DNA of 29,984 nt from Paracoccaceae bacterium (GTDB lineage Bacteria; Pseudomonadota; Alphaproteobacteria; Rhodobacterales; Rhodobacteraceae). Every line of letters begins with the position of its first letter. The stretch's first letter is position 1. Below, in pieces: positions 7,643 to 15,642 of this stretch. The notes beneath the pieces were generated by a model that worked only from the letters and a program-made list of their open reading frames with translations, was not told the origin of the DNA and did not search any database. The stretch is from the NCBI GenBank assembly GCA_049694515.1, contig JBAVQZ010000085.1:1-29984 (forward strand), given 5' to 3'. Position numbers and translations under genes: made by a program.

Positions 7643-8917
7643 ATGGTCTACATCATTCTCATCGGCGGGCTGGTCCTTGGCGTCCCGATCGCCTTCGCCA
7701 TCCTCGGCGCGCTCAGCTTCTTCATGGCCACGGGCGATCTGCCCTACCAGTTGCGCGTCGTCGCGACCGAAGTTTTCAAAGGGCTCGATTCCTATCCGCT
7801 GTTGGCGATCCCGCTCTTCGTCCTGGCGGGTGAGCTGATGAACGAAAGCGGCATCACGCGCCGGATCATCGCCTTCGCCAATGTCATGGTCGGCAGATTG
7901 CGCGGGGGCTTGGCGCATGTGAACATCTGGGCTTCGGTCATCTTCGCGGGCCTCTCGGGTTCTGCGGTCGCGGATACCTCGGCCATTGGCCGCGTCTTCA
8001 TCCCCGAGATGGAGGAACACGGCTATGATCGCAGTTTCGCCGCGGCGCTGACGGCTGCCTCGTCGGTGATCGGGCCGATCATCCCGCCATCTATCCCGGT
8101 CATCATCTACGCTCTCATCGTCTCGGGCGTGTCGGTACCCGCGCTTTTCCTGGCCGGGATCGTGCCGGGCCTGTTGCTGGCGGTATTCCTGTCGGGCTAC
8201 GTCGCGCTCACCGTGCGCGGCGAGAATGTGACCGACGACCCGTACCTGTCGGAGTCCGGCACCCGCGCGGCGCTGCTGGGCGGCATCGTGCCGCTGCTGA
8301 TGCCGATCTTCGTCGTGGGTTCGATCCTTTTGGGCGTTGTCACGCCGACCGAGGCGGCCAGTTTCGCCGTGGGATACGCGCTGTTCCTGGGTTTGTTCGT
8401 CTATCGCAAACTGACCTTCTCCAATCTGTGTCACATCTTCACCGGGGCGATGCGCGACAGCGCGGTCATCCTGGTCATCATCGCTGCGGTGTCGGCCGCC
8501 AATTGGCTGCTGACCTACAACCGGGTGCCCAACGATCTGACTGCCTGGGTGCTGGGCAACGTGGACAGCAAGACGACCTTCCTGCTGGCGGTGATCGTGC
8601 TTTTCCTGTTCGTGGGGCTGTTTCTCGAAGGGATCGCGGCCATGCTGGTGCTGGTCCCGATCCTGCACCCGATCGCGGTGTCGATGGGGGTGGACCCGGT
8701 GCATTTCGGCATCCTCGTCATCTTCAACCTGATGATCGGGCTGATCACCCCGCCGCTGGGGCTTTGCCTTTTCGTTGCGGAAGGGATCGCCAAGGTCGGC
8801 ATGGCCCGGCTGACGCGGGCAATCCTGCCCTTTTTCCTGGTCGAGGTTCTGGTCCTGCTGATCCTGACCTTCGTGCCGGATATCGTCACGTTTCTCCCGC
8901 GCATACTGGGGTACTGA
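7643..8917 (+). CDS. dctM: TRAP transporter large permease (DctM)
   Basis: LAIPLFVLAGELM, FAGLSGSAVAD, IIPPSIP, TPTEAA, DPVHFG, GLITPPLG. Confidence 0.95.
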   Translation: MVYIILIGGLVLGVPIAFAILGALSFFMATGDLPYQLRVVATEVFKGLDSYPLLAIPLFVLAGELMNESGITRRIIAFANVMVGRLRGGLAHVNIWASVIFAGLSGSAVADTSAIGRVFIPEMEEHGYDRSFAAALTAASSVIGPIIPPSIPVIIYALIVSGVSVPALFLAGIVPGLLLAVFLSGYVALTVRGENVTDDPYLSESGTRAALLGGIVPLLMPIFVVGSILLGVVTPTEAASFAVGYALFLGLFVYRKLTFSNLCHIFTGAMRDSAVILVIIAAVSAANWLLTYNRVPNDLTAWVLGNVDSKTTFLLAVIVLFLFVGLFLEGIAAMLVLVPILHPIAVSMGVDPVHFGILVIFNLMIGLITPPLGLCLFVAEGIAKVGMARLTRAILPFFLVEVLVLLILTFVPDIVTFLPRILGY

Positions 8918-8920
8918 GCC

Positions 8921-10813
8921 ATGAAGACTTCAATCGCGACAGTCTCGATTTCGGGAAGCCTTCCGGAGAAGCTCGAAGCGATCGCGCAGGCCGGTTTTGA
9001 CGGGATCGAGATCTTCGAGCAGGACTTCATCGCGCATGACGGCCCACCGCGCGAGGTGGGCCAACAGGTCCGTGACATGGGGCTGGAGATCTTGCTGTTC
9101 CAACCCTTCCGGGATTTCGAGGGCCTGCCGCCGCGACTGCGGGCCAAGGCCTTCGACCGCGCAGAGCGAAAGTTCGACCTCATGCAAGAACTGGGCTGCG
9201 ATCTTTTGCTGGTCTGTTCCAGCGTGCACCCCGAGGCGCTGGGTGGCATCGACCGCGCAGCCGATGACTTCGCCGAGCTTGGCGAACGCGCGGCGCGCCG
9301 CGGGCTGCGGGTCGGGTACGAGGCGCTGGCCTGGGGGCGGCATGTCAACGATCACCGCGACGCGTGGGAGATCGTCCGGCGGGCGAACCACCCCAGTGTC
9401 GGCCTTGTCCTCGACAGCTTCCACTCGCTCGCCCGCAAGATCGACTCCGACACCATCCGCGCGATTCCGGGCGACAGGATCTTCTTCCTGCAGCTTGCCG
9501 ACGCCCCCGCGATCGACATGGACCTGCTTTACTGGTCGAGGCATTTCCGAAACATGCCGGGAGAGGGCGATCTGCCGGTCACCGATTTCACGCGGGCGGT
9601 GATGGCGACCGGCTATGCAGGGCCGGTCAGCCTGGAGATATTCAACGACCAGTTCCGCGGCGGAAGTGCCAGGACCATCGCAAAGGACGGGTATCGGTCC
9701 CTCATATGCCTGATGGACGATGTCCAGCGTCGGGAACCCGATATCGAGGCCGGCGTTCCGGAGATGCCGCCCCGGGTTCCGGTTGAGGGCACCGAGTTCG
9801 TGGAATTCGCAACCCAGGGGGACGAAAGGCAAGCGCTCGAGGCGCTTTTGCAATCCCTCGGTTTTCACGAGACGCGCCGGCACATCTCCAAGAAACTGAC
9901 GCTCTGGGAACAAGGGGATATCCGGATCGTCCTGAACTCCGAGAAGACCGGATACGCCAACTCGGCCTGGCTTACCCACGGCACGACCGTGTGCGACCTC
10001 GGCATACGGGTCCGGTCGGCCGAGGACACTTTTTCGCGGGCCACGATCCTGGGGGCCGCCCCCTTTCATCAGCCCGTTGCCCCTGGAGAACTCGACATTC
10101 CGGCCATCCGCGGCTTGAGCGGGAGCGTTCTTCACTTCCTGGACAGCCGGAGCGGGCTCGCGGATGTATGGTCCGTTGAATTCAAGACCACGCCGGCGCC
10201 GGCTGCCGCACCCGGGGCCGGCCTGACCCGCGTGGACCATATCGCCCAGACCATGAGCTATGACGAAATGCTGAGCTGGTCGCTTTTCTACACGAGCCTG
10301 TTCCGAATGCGGAAATCGCCGATGGTGGACGTGATCGACCCGGACGGCCTGGTGCGCAGCCAGGCGCTGGAAACCGAGGATGGGGCGTTCCGCATCACCC
10401 TGAACGGGGCGGAGACCCATCGCACGCTCGCAGGCGGTTTCCTGGCCGAGAGCTTCGGTGCGTCAGTACAGCACATCGCGTTGGCGACGGAGGACATTTT
10501 CCGAACGGCGGAGGTTCTCTCGACGCGCGGGTTCGCGGCGCTTCCGATCCCGGCCAACTACTATGACGACCTGGCTGCGCGGTTCGACCTGTCACCGGAG
10601 TTCATCGAAAAGCTGAAAGCGGCCAACGTCCTCTACGATGCCGACGGGTCCGGCGAGTTCCTTCAACTCTACTCGCGGCCCTTCGCAGGCGGGATGTTCT
10701 TCGAGATACTCCAGCGGCGCGCCGGCTACGGCGGCTACGGCGCGGCAAATGCGCCGTTCCGGATCGCTGCGCAGAAACGGATGATGCGCGCCAAGGGAAT
10801 GCCGAGGCGATGA
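8921..10813 (+). CDS. quiC: 3-dehydroshikimate dehydratase (sugar phosphate isomerase-like TIM barrel fused to HPPD-like domain; QuiC1/QsuB type)
   Basis: N-terminal GYEALAWG, LDSFH, QLADAP, SRHFRNMPGEG, SLEIFND; C-terminal DHIAQ, QHIAL, FFEILQRR..YGGYGA.N; adjacent to shikimate dehydrogenase. Confidence 0.88.
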   Translation: MKTSIATVSISGSLPEKLEAIAQAGFDGIEIFEQDFIAHDGPPREVGQQVRDMGLEILLFQPFRDFEGLPPRLRAKAFDRAERKFDLMQELGCDLLLVCSSVHPEALGGIDRAADDFAELGERAARRGLRVGYEALAWGRHVNDHRDAWEIVRRANHPSVGLVLDSFHSLARKIDSDTIRAIPGDRIFFLQLADAPAIDMDLLYWSRHFRNMPGEGDLPVTDFTRAVMATGYAGPVSLEIFNDQFRGGSARTIAKDGYRSLICLMDDVQRREPDIEAGVPEMPPRVPVEGTEFVEFATQGDERQALEALLQSLGFHETRRHISKKLTLWEQGDIRIVLNSEKTGYANSAWLTHGTTVCDLGIRVRSAEDTFSRATILGAAPFHQPVAPGELDIPAIRGLSGSVLHFLDSRSGLADVWSVEFKTTPAPAAAPGAGLTRVDHIAQTMSYDEMLSWSLFYTSLFRMRKSPMVDVIDPDGLVRSQALETEDGAFRITLNGAETHRTLAGGFLAESFGASVQHIALATEDIFRTAEVLSTRGFAALPIPANYYDDLAARFDLSPEFIEKLKAANVLYDADGSGEFLQLYSRPFAGGMFFEILQRRAGYGGYGAANAPFRIAAQKRMMRAKGMPRR

Positions 10814-10825
10814 TCGGGCCAGCTG

Positions 10826-11032
10826 ATGGAGCATCCCGATCCGACCCTGGCCCTGCCGCTCGGCGGCGGCCCGTCCCTGCTCCTTCCGGGGCATGCCTGC
10901 CGCATGCGCAATTTCCGGAACTTCGATCTGCGCGTCGACCTGGGTTGCATGACAGGTCTCGTGGCGCTCGGGTTCGCCTTGCCGATCCTGCAAGCGCCGA
11001 TCATCGGATCGGTAGGTTTCCTGTCCTTCTAA
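10826..11032 (+). pseudogene. Possible degenerate membrane-protein fragment
   Basis: 68-codon ORF with hydrophobic stretches and a weak RBS, lying between quiC and the tRNA terminator. Confidence 0.25.
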
Positions 11033-11078
11033 GCTAATCGTGGAGCGGATCTCGCGTAGCCGTAGCGATATTCGTGTT

Positions 11079-11101
11079 GTGGCAACGCAAGTGGAAACGC
11101 A
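11079..11101. repeat. Tandem 11-bp direct repeats (possible integrase arm-type sites)
   Basis: GTGGCAACGCA (11079-11089) and GTGGAAACGCA (11091-11101): one mismatch, 12-bp period, about 70 bp from the tRNA 3' end. Confidence 0.45.
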
Positions 11102-11136
11102 TTTCCGGGTCGATCTCCAGAAAAAGGTGGTCCGAT

Positions 11137-11163
11137 AAAGAAAAAGGACCCCTCAGGGCCCTT
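11137..11163 (-). terminator. Rho-independent terminator of the tRNA-Pro transcript
   Basis: Minus strand AAGGGCCC-TGAG-GGGTCCTT (one G-U pair) running into TTTCTTT. Confidence 0.75.
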
Positions 11164-11170
11164 GCATTTT

Positions 11171-11247
11171 TGGTCGGAGTGAGAGGATTCGAACCTCCGG
11201 CCCCTGCCTCCCGAAGACAGTGCTCTACCAGGCTGAGCTACACTCCG
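11171..11247 (-). tRNA. tRNA-Pro (anticodon CGG)
   Basis: Minus strand CGGAGTGTAGCTCAGCCTGGTAGAGCACTGTCTTCGGGAGGCAGGGGCCGGAGGTTCGAATCCTCTCACTCCGACCA: 77 nt, complete cloverleaf, encoded CCA. Confidence 0.98.
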
Positions 11248-11349
11248 ACAGCGTCGATATGACCGTGATCACCTTGCGGGCAAGGATCGAAGCCGGGAAC
11301 TTCGAAACCGTATCGGTGTCACGTCGCGGCATATCCGCATCGCGTCGCG

Positions 11350-11379
11350 TCTATCGTCAATTCGCCGTGCGATGTCAAG
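11350..11379 (-). promoter_or_regulatory. Probable sigma70 promoter for tRNA-Pro
   Basis: Minus strand CTTGACA-N17-GATAGA, similar to the alphaproteobacterial CTTGAC-N17-CTATAT consensus. Confidence 0.55.
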
Positions 11380-11383
11380 CGGT

Positions 11384-11406
11384 CAAACCGGCGGAAATAC
11401 CCGCCG
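11384..11406 (-). terminator. Weak terminator-like hairpin after aspS
   Basis: Minus strand CGGCGG-GTATTT-CCGCCG followed by GTTT. Confidence 0.4.
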
Positions 11407-11425
11407 TATCGCGATCCCCTCAGGC

Positions 11426-13201
11426 TCATTCCTGCGGGATCACGCGCAACGACAGCTCGCGAAGTTGTTCATTGGCAGGCTCCGACGGAGCCCCCATCAT
11501 CAGGTCCTCGGCGCGCTGGTTCATCGGGAACATGATGACCTCGCGGATATTCACCTCGTCCGCCAGCAGCATCACCATCCGGTCGATGCCCGCGGCGCAG
11601 CCGCCATGCGGAGGCGCGCCGTATTTGAAGGCGTTGACCATGCCGCCGAAGCGGTTGGTGACCTCCTCGGGCGGATAGCCGGCCAGTTCGAAGGCCTTGA
11701 ACATGATTTCGGGCTTGTGGTTTCGGATGGCGCCCGACACGATTTCGTAGCCGTTGCAGGCTAGGTCGTACTGGAACCCCAGAACCTCCAGCGGATTGCC
11801 CGATAGCGCCTCCAGCCCGCCCTGCGGCATCGAGAACGGGTTGTGGCTGAAGTCGATGACGCCGGTCTCGTCGTCCTTTTCATACATCGGGAAATCGACG
11901 ACCCAGCAGAAGGCGAAGCGGTTCTTCTCGGTCAACTCCAGCTCGTCGCCGATGACGTTGCGGGCGCGGCCCGCCACGGCCTCGAACGAGGATGGCTTGC
12001 CGCCCAGGAAGAACGCCGCGTCGCCCTTGCCGAGGCCCAGTTGCTGGCGGATCGCCTCGGTGCGCTCGGGGCCGATGTTCTTGGCCAGCGGCCCGGCGGC
12101 CTCGACACCCTGCTCGCCCTCGCGCCAGAAGATGTATCCCATGCCGGGCAGGCCCTCTTTCTGCGCGTAGGAATTCATCCGGTCGCAGAACTTGCGCGAG
12201 CCGCCGCCGGGCGCGGGGATGGCGCGAATCTCGGTGCCCTCCTGCTCCAGCAGCCTGGCGAAGATGGCGAAGCCCGAGCCGCGGAAATGCTCGGACACAT
12301 CCTCCATCTTGATCGGGTTTCGCAGGTCCGGCTTGTCGGTGCCATACCAGCGCATCGCATCGGCGAAGCTGATCTGCGGCCAGTGCTTGTCTACCTTGTG
12401 GCCGCCGCCAAACTCCTCGAACACGCCGTCAAGCACCGGCTGGATCGTGTCGAACACGTCCTGCTGCTCGACGAAGCTCATCTCCATGTCCAGCTGGTAG
12501 AAATCGGTGGGCGAGCGGTCGGCGCGCGGGTCCTCGTCGCGGAAGCAGGGCGCGATCTGGAAATATTTGTCGAAGCCCGAGACCATGATCAGCTGCTTGA
12601 ACTGCTGCGGTGCCTGGGGCAGCGCATAGAACTTGCCGGGATGCAGGCGCGAGGGCACGAGGAAGTCGCGCGCGCCCTCGGGGCTGGAGGCGGTGATGAT
12701 CGGCGTCTGGAATTCGCGAAAGCCGCCGTCCCACATGCGGCGCCGGATGCTGGCAACGACGTCGCTGCGCAGGATCATGTTGCGTTGCATCGCCTCGCGC
12801 CGCAGGTCGAGGTAGCGATAGCGCAACCGGGTCTCCTCGGGGTACTCCTGATCACCGAACACGATCAGCGGCAATTCCTCGGCGGCGCCCAGCACCTCGA
12901 TGTCGCGGATATAGACCTCGATCTCGCCGGTCGGCAGGCGCGGGTTGATCAGGCTTTCGTCGCGCGCCTTCACCTCGCCGTCGATGCGGATGCACCATTC
13001 CGAGCGAACCCTTTCGACATCGGCGAATACCGCGCTGTCGGGGTCGGCCAGCACCTGCGTCACGCCGTAATGGTCGCGCAAGTCGATGAACAGGATGCCG
13101 CCATGATCGCGCACACGATGGACCCAGCCCGACAGGCGAACGGTTTTGCCCACGTCGGATTTGTTCAACTCGGCGCAGGTGTGGCTGCGGAAGGCGTGCA
13201 T
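11426..13201 (-). CDS. aspS: Aspartate--tRNA ligase (probably non-discriminating Asp/Asn)
   Basis: [67 protein letters not shown] before ATG 13201. Confidence 0.97.
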   Translation of the reverse strand: MHAFRSHTCAELNKSDVGKTVRLSGWVHRVRDHGGILFIDLRDHYGVTQVLADPDSAVFADVERVRSEWCIRIDGEVKARDESLINPRLPTGEIEVYIRDIEVLGAAEELPLIVFGDQEYPEETRLRYRYLDLRREAMQRNMILRSDVVASIRRRMWDGGFREFQTPIITASSPEGARDFLVPSRLHPGKFYALPQAPQQFKQLIMVSGFDKYFQIAPCFRDEDPRADRSPTDFYQLDMEMSFVEQQDVFDTIQPVLDGVFEEFGGGHKVDKHWPQISFADAMRWYGTDKPDLRNPIKMEDVSEHFRGSGFAIFARLLEQEGTEIRAIPAPGGGSRKFCDRMNSYAQKEGLPGMGYIFWREGEQGVEAAGPLAKNIGPERTEAIRQQLGLGKGDAAFFLGGKPSSFEAVAGRARNVIGDELELTEKNRFAFCWVVDFPMYEKDDETGVIDFSHNPFSMPQGGLEALSGNPLEVLGFQYDLACNGYEIVSGAIRNHKPEIMFKAFELAGYPPEEVTNRFGGMVNAFKYGAPPHGGCAAGIDRMVMLLADEVNIREVIMFPMNQRAEDLMMGAPSEPANEQLRELSLRVIPQE

Positions 13202-13504
13202 GGCGGTCCCTCGAGGAAAATTCGATGTTGCGCCGATACACCTGTCATCGGCAGCAAAGTCAAGGGAAGGGAGGGCAAAACCCCCTTCGCGGCCTTGCGA
13301 AAACGCGGCGCGGCCCGCCCGCCACGATTGGCTGGCGCAAGCTGCACCGTGCACAGGCGCACCCGGCCCGGTTCAAGGACGCACTAGACAGACAGGGAAA
13401 TTTTCTTAAATTGTTCGAGAAGAACAAAAATTTGCCGGACGTTTTTTTCCTCAGGCAGGCGAGCAGAGCGAATTCTACAGGCCCTTGGCCTGAAGGGGGA
13501 GCAG

Positions 13505-14737
13505 ATGTGGGACTATCTGATCGACCAGATGCTGGCCCGTCTTATAAAGCACGGGAGGCTGGAGCTCGAGCGCGCGGACGGCACCGTCCGCAGCTATGGC
13601 GAGACCGACGCGCCCCCGGTGCGGGTCAAGCTTCACGACCAGGCGCTGAGCCGCCGACTGATCGCCCATCCCGAACTTACGGTCGGCGAGGCGTATGTGG
13701 ACGGCACCCTGACGATCGGCGACGATGATCTTCACGGCTTTCTGTCGCTGCTTCTGCGCAACCGCGCCACCGGGAACAGCCATTGGGCGATCGACCTGAA
13801 CATGGCGATCCGCCGGATGCTGCGCCGGTTGCAGCAATACAATCCTGTCGGCAAGGCGCGCTCGAACGTGGCGCATCACTATGACCTTTCGGGACGGCTC
13901 TACGACCTGTTCCTTGACGAGGACAAGCAATACTCCTGTGCCTATTTCCGACACCCCTCGGACACGCTGGAACAGGCGCAGGCGCAGAAGAAGGCGCATA
14001 TCGCTGCAAAGCTGCTGCTCGAACCAGGGATGCGGGTGCTGGACATCGGGTGTGGCTGGGGCGGCATGGCGCTGACGCTGGCGCGCGATTACGGGGCGAA
14101 GGTTCTTGGTGTGACGCTGTCGCAGGAGCAATACAAGATTGCCTGCGAACGGGCGCGCGCCGAGGGGCTGGAAGATCTCGTCGAGTTTCGCCTGATGGAC
14201 TATCGCGACGTGAACGACACGTTCGATCGCATCGTTTCGGTCGGCATGTTCGAGCATGTGGGCCAGCCGCAGTACCGCGAGTATTTCCGGCATGTGCGCG
14301 AGATGCTCAAGGATGACGGCGTGGCGCTGATCCACACCATCGGGCGCACCGATCCACCCGGCACCACCAGCCCGTGGATCCTGAAATATATCTTCCCGGG
14401 CGGCTATGTGCCCGCGATGTCTGAATCCATGGAAGCGGTCGAACTGGAAGACCTGTGCCCCACCGATGTCGAGGTCTGGAGGCTTCACTACGCCGAAACG
14501 CTGCGCAACTGGTATGATCGCTTCATGGCCAATATCGACGAGGCGCGAGAGCTTTACGACGAGCGGTTCTGCCGGATGTGGCGCTATTACCTTGTGGCGA
14601 GCGAGATGACATTCCGCCTGCATCATCAAGTGGTGTTCCAGTTCCAGTTGGCGCGGCGGCAGGACGCGGTGCCGCTGACGCGGGATTACATCTATGAACC
14701 GGAGCCAAGTTCGGCCCATTCGCGCGCGGCCGAATAG
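13505..14737 (+). CDS. cfa: Cyclopropane-fatty-acyl-phospholipid synthase family SAM methyltransferase
   Basis: HHYDLS, YSCAYF, LDIGCGWGG, VSVGMFEHVG, IHTIG, YIFPGG, HYAETL. Confidence 0.9.
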   Translation: MWDYLIDQMLARLIKHGRLELERADGTVRSYGETDAPPVRVKLHDQALSRRLIAHPELTVGEAYVDGTLTIGDDDLHGFLSLLLRNRATGNSHWAIDLNMAIRRMLRRLQQYNPVGKARSNVAHHYDLSGRLYDLFLDEDKQYSCAYFRHPSDTLEQAQAQKKAHIAAKLLLEPGMRVLDIGCGWGGMALTLARDYGAKVLGVTLSQEQYKIACERARAEGLEDLVEFRLMDYRDVNDTFDRIVSVGMFEHVGQPQYREYFRHVREMLKDDGVALIHTIGRTDPPGTTSPWILKYIFPGGYVPAMSESMEAVELEDLCPTDVEVWRLHYAETLRNWYDRFMANIDEARELYDERFCRMWRYYLVASEMTFRLHHQVVFQFQLARRQDAVPLTRDYIYEPEPSSAHSRAAE

Positions 14738-14830
14738 CGGCTTCGAGCACGTCTCTTCCGCCCTGCCGGGCCTCATCGCGGGCGGCAGCCAAGAGAGCGG
14801 TCATGACGGATGAGCGGCGCCGGCCGGCCG

Positions 14831-15502
14831 TCAGAACGGACGCTGGACGTTGCCGGAATAGAAGAACATCCCCAACCCCAGCGCGAAGATGATCCAGCCG
14901 GCGACCGAGTGCATCACCAGCGCCATCGCGAAGCTGCGCCGCGCCTCGTAGGCCCAGGCGAAAATCAGCCCGCCGACGAAGGTCATTCCGGCGACGATCC
15001 AGCTCCAGTACATCAGGTGCGCCAGCGAAAACAGTACCCCGTTCAGCAGGATGGCCGGTGCAAGGCCCGGTAAAAGCGTCCCGTAGCGGCGGAAGAACAG
15101 CGGGCGGAACAGGATTTCCTGCGGCAGCGCTGACAGAACCGGGTAGAGCACCACGATCAGCAGCAGGAAGGCCGGGCGCTGAAGCAGCAGCGACAGGAAC
15201 GCCTCGGGCCGGGTGGTCAGGATCACCGCGCCCGACACCGCCAGCGTTCCCAACGCGAAAGCCGCCACGACGCGCCAGTCCACGGCGCCGCTGTTGCGTG
15301 TCAGTTCGTGCCAGTGGAAGCCTTCGGTGACATGCAGCAGGCACAGCCCGACCGCGGTGATCAGAAACAGCATCGGGAACATCCAGCCCGGCGGCAGCAG
15401 GACAGCGACGATCACGGGAGCGACTGCGTAAAGCCCGATGAATTCCGCCCAGAGTCGCGCTCGCGTGGCCGCGGGCCATCGGGCCATCGGGCTGTCGCTC
15501 AT
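14831..15502 (-). CDS. CPBP (CAAX protease/Abi) family intramembrane protein with degenerate motifs
   Basis: Multi-TM; QEILFR, FSLAH, MHSVAG correspond to the EExxxR, FxxxH and HxxxN motifs. GAGGG before ATG 15502. Confidence 0.82.
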   Translation of the reverse strand: MSDSPMARWPAATRARLWAEFIGLYAVAPVIVAVLLPPGWMFPMLFLITAVGLCLLHVTEGFHWHELTRNSGAVDWRVVAAFALGTLAVSGAVILTTRPEAFLSLLLQRPAFLLLIVVLYPVLSALPQEILFRPLFFRRYGTLLPGLAPAILLNGVLFSLAHLMYWSWIVAGMTFVGGLIFAWAYEARRSFAMALVMHSVAGWIIFALGLGMFFYSGNVQRPF

Positions 15503-15582
15503 GATGTATCCCTCATCGTCGTCATCCCGGCTTGATATAGTCGCGGCGCATGAATTTCCCATGGCGGTGGCGCGGGCGGGGC

Positions 15583-15610
15583 TTGCACCTGTTGGGCGCT
15601 TGGATATAAC
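15583..15610 (+). promoter_or_regulatory. Sigma70-type promoter of carB
   Basis: TTGCAC-N16-TATAAC, about 30 bp upstream of the ATG. Confidence 0.55.
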
Positions 15611-15642
15611 CCCCGAGATTTCGCCAATCCAGGGGACGGGCC

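Noticed and set aside
6911..8704. 597-aa minus-strand ORF opposite dctQM (also 5901-7091 and 8930-10420)
   Set aside because: Shadow ORFs overlapping well-supported genes.
11074..11262. 62-aa ORF containing VGVRGFEPPAPASR
   Set aside because: Translation artefact of the tRNA antisense strand.
11256..11335. Second functional tRNA (Gly-CCC) upstream of tRNA-Pro
   Set aside because: No D-loop GG, no correctly placed T-arm, no 7-bp acceptor stem or CCA; kept only as a structured-leader finding.
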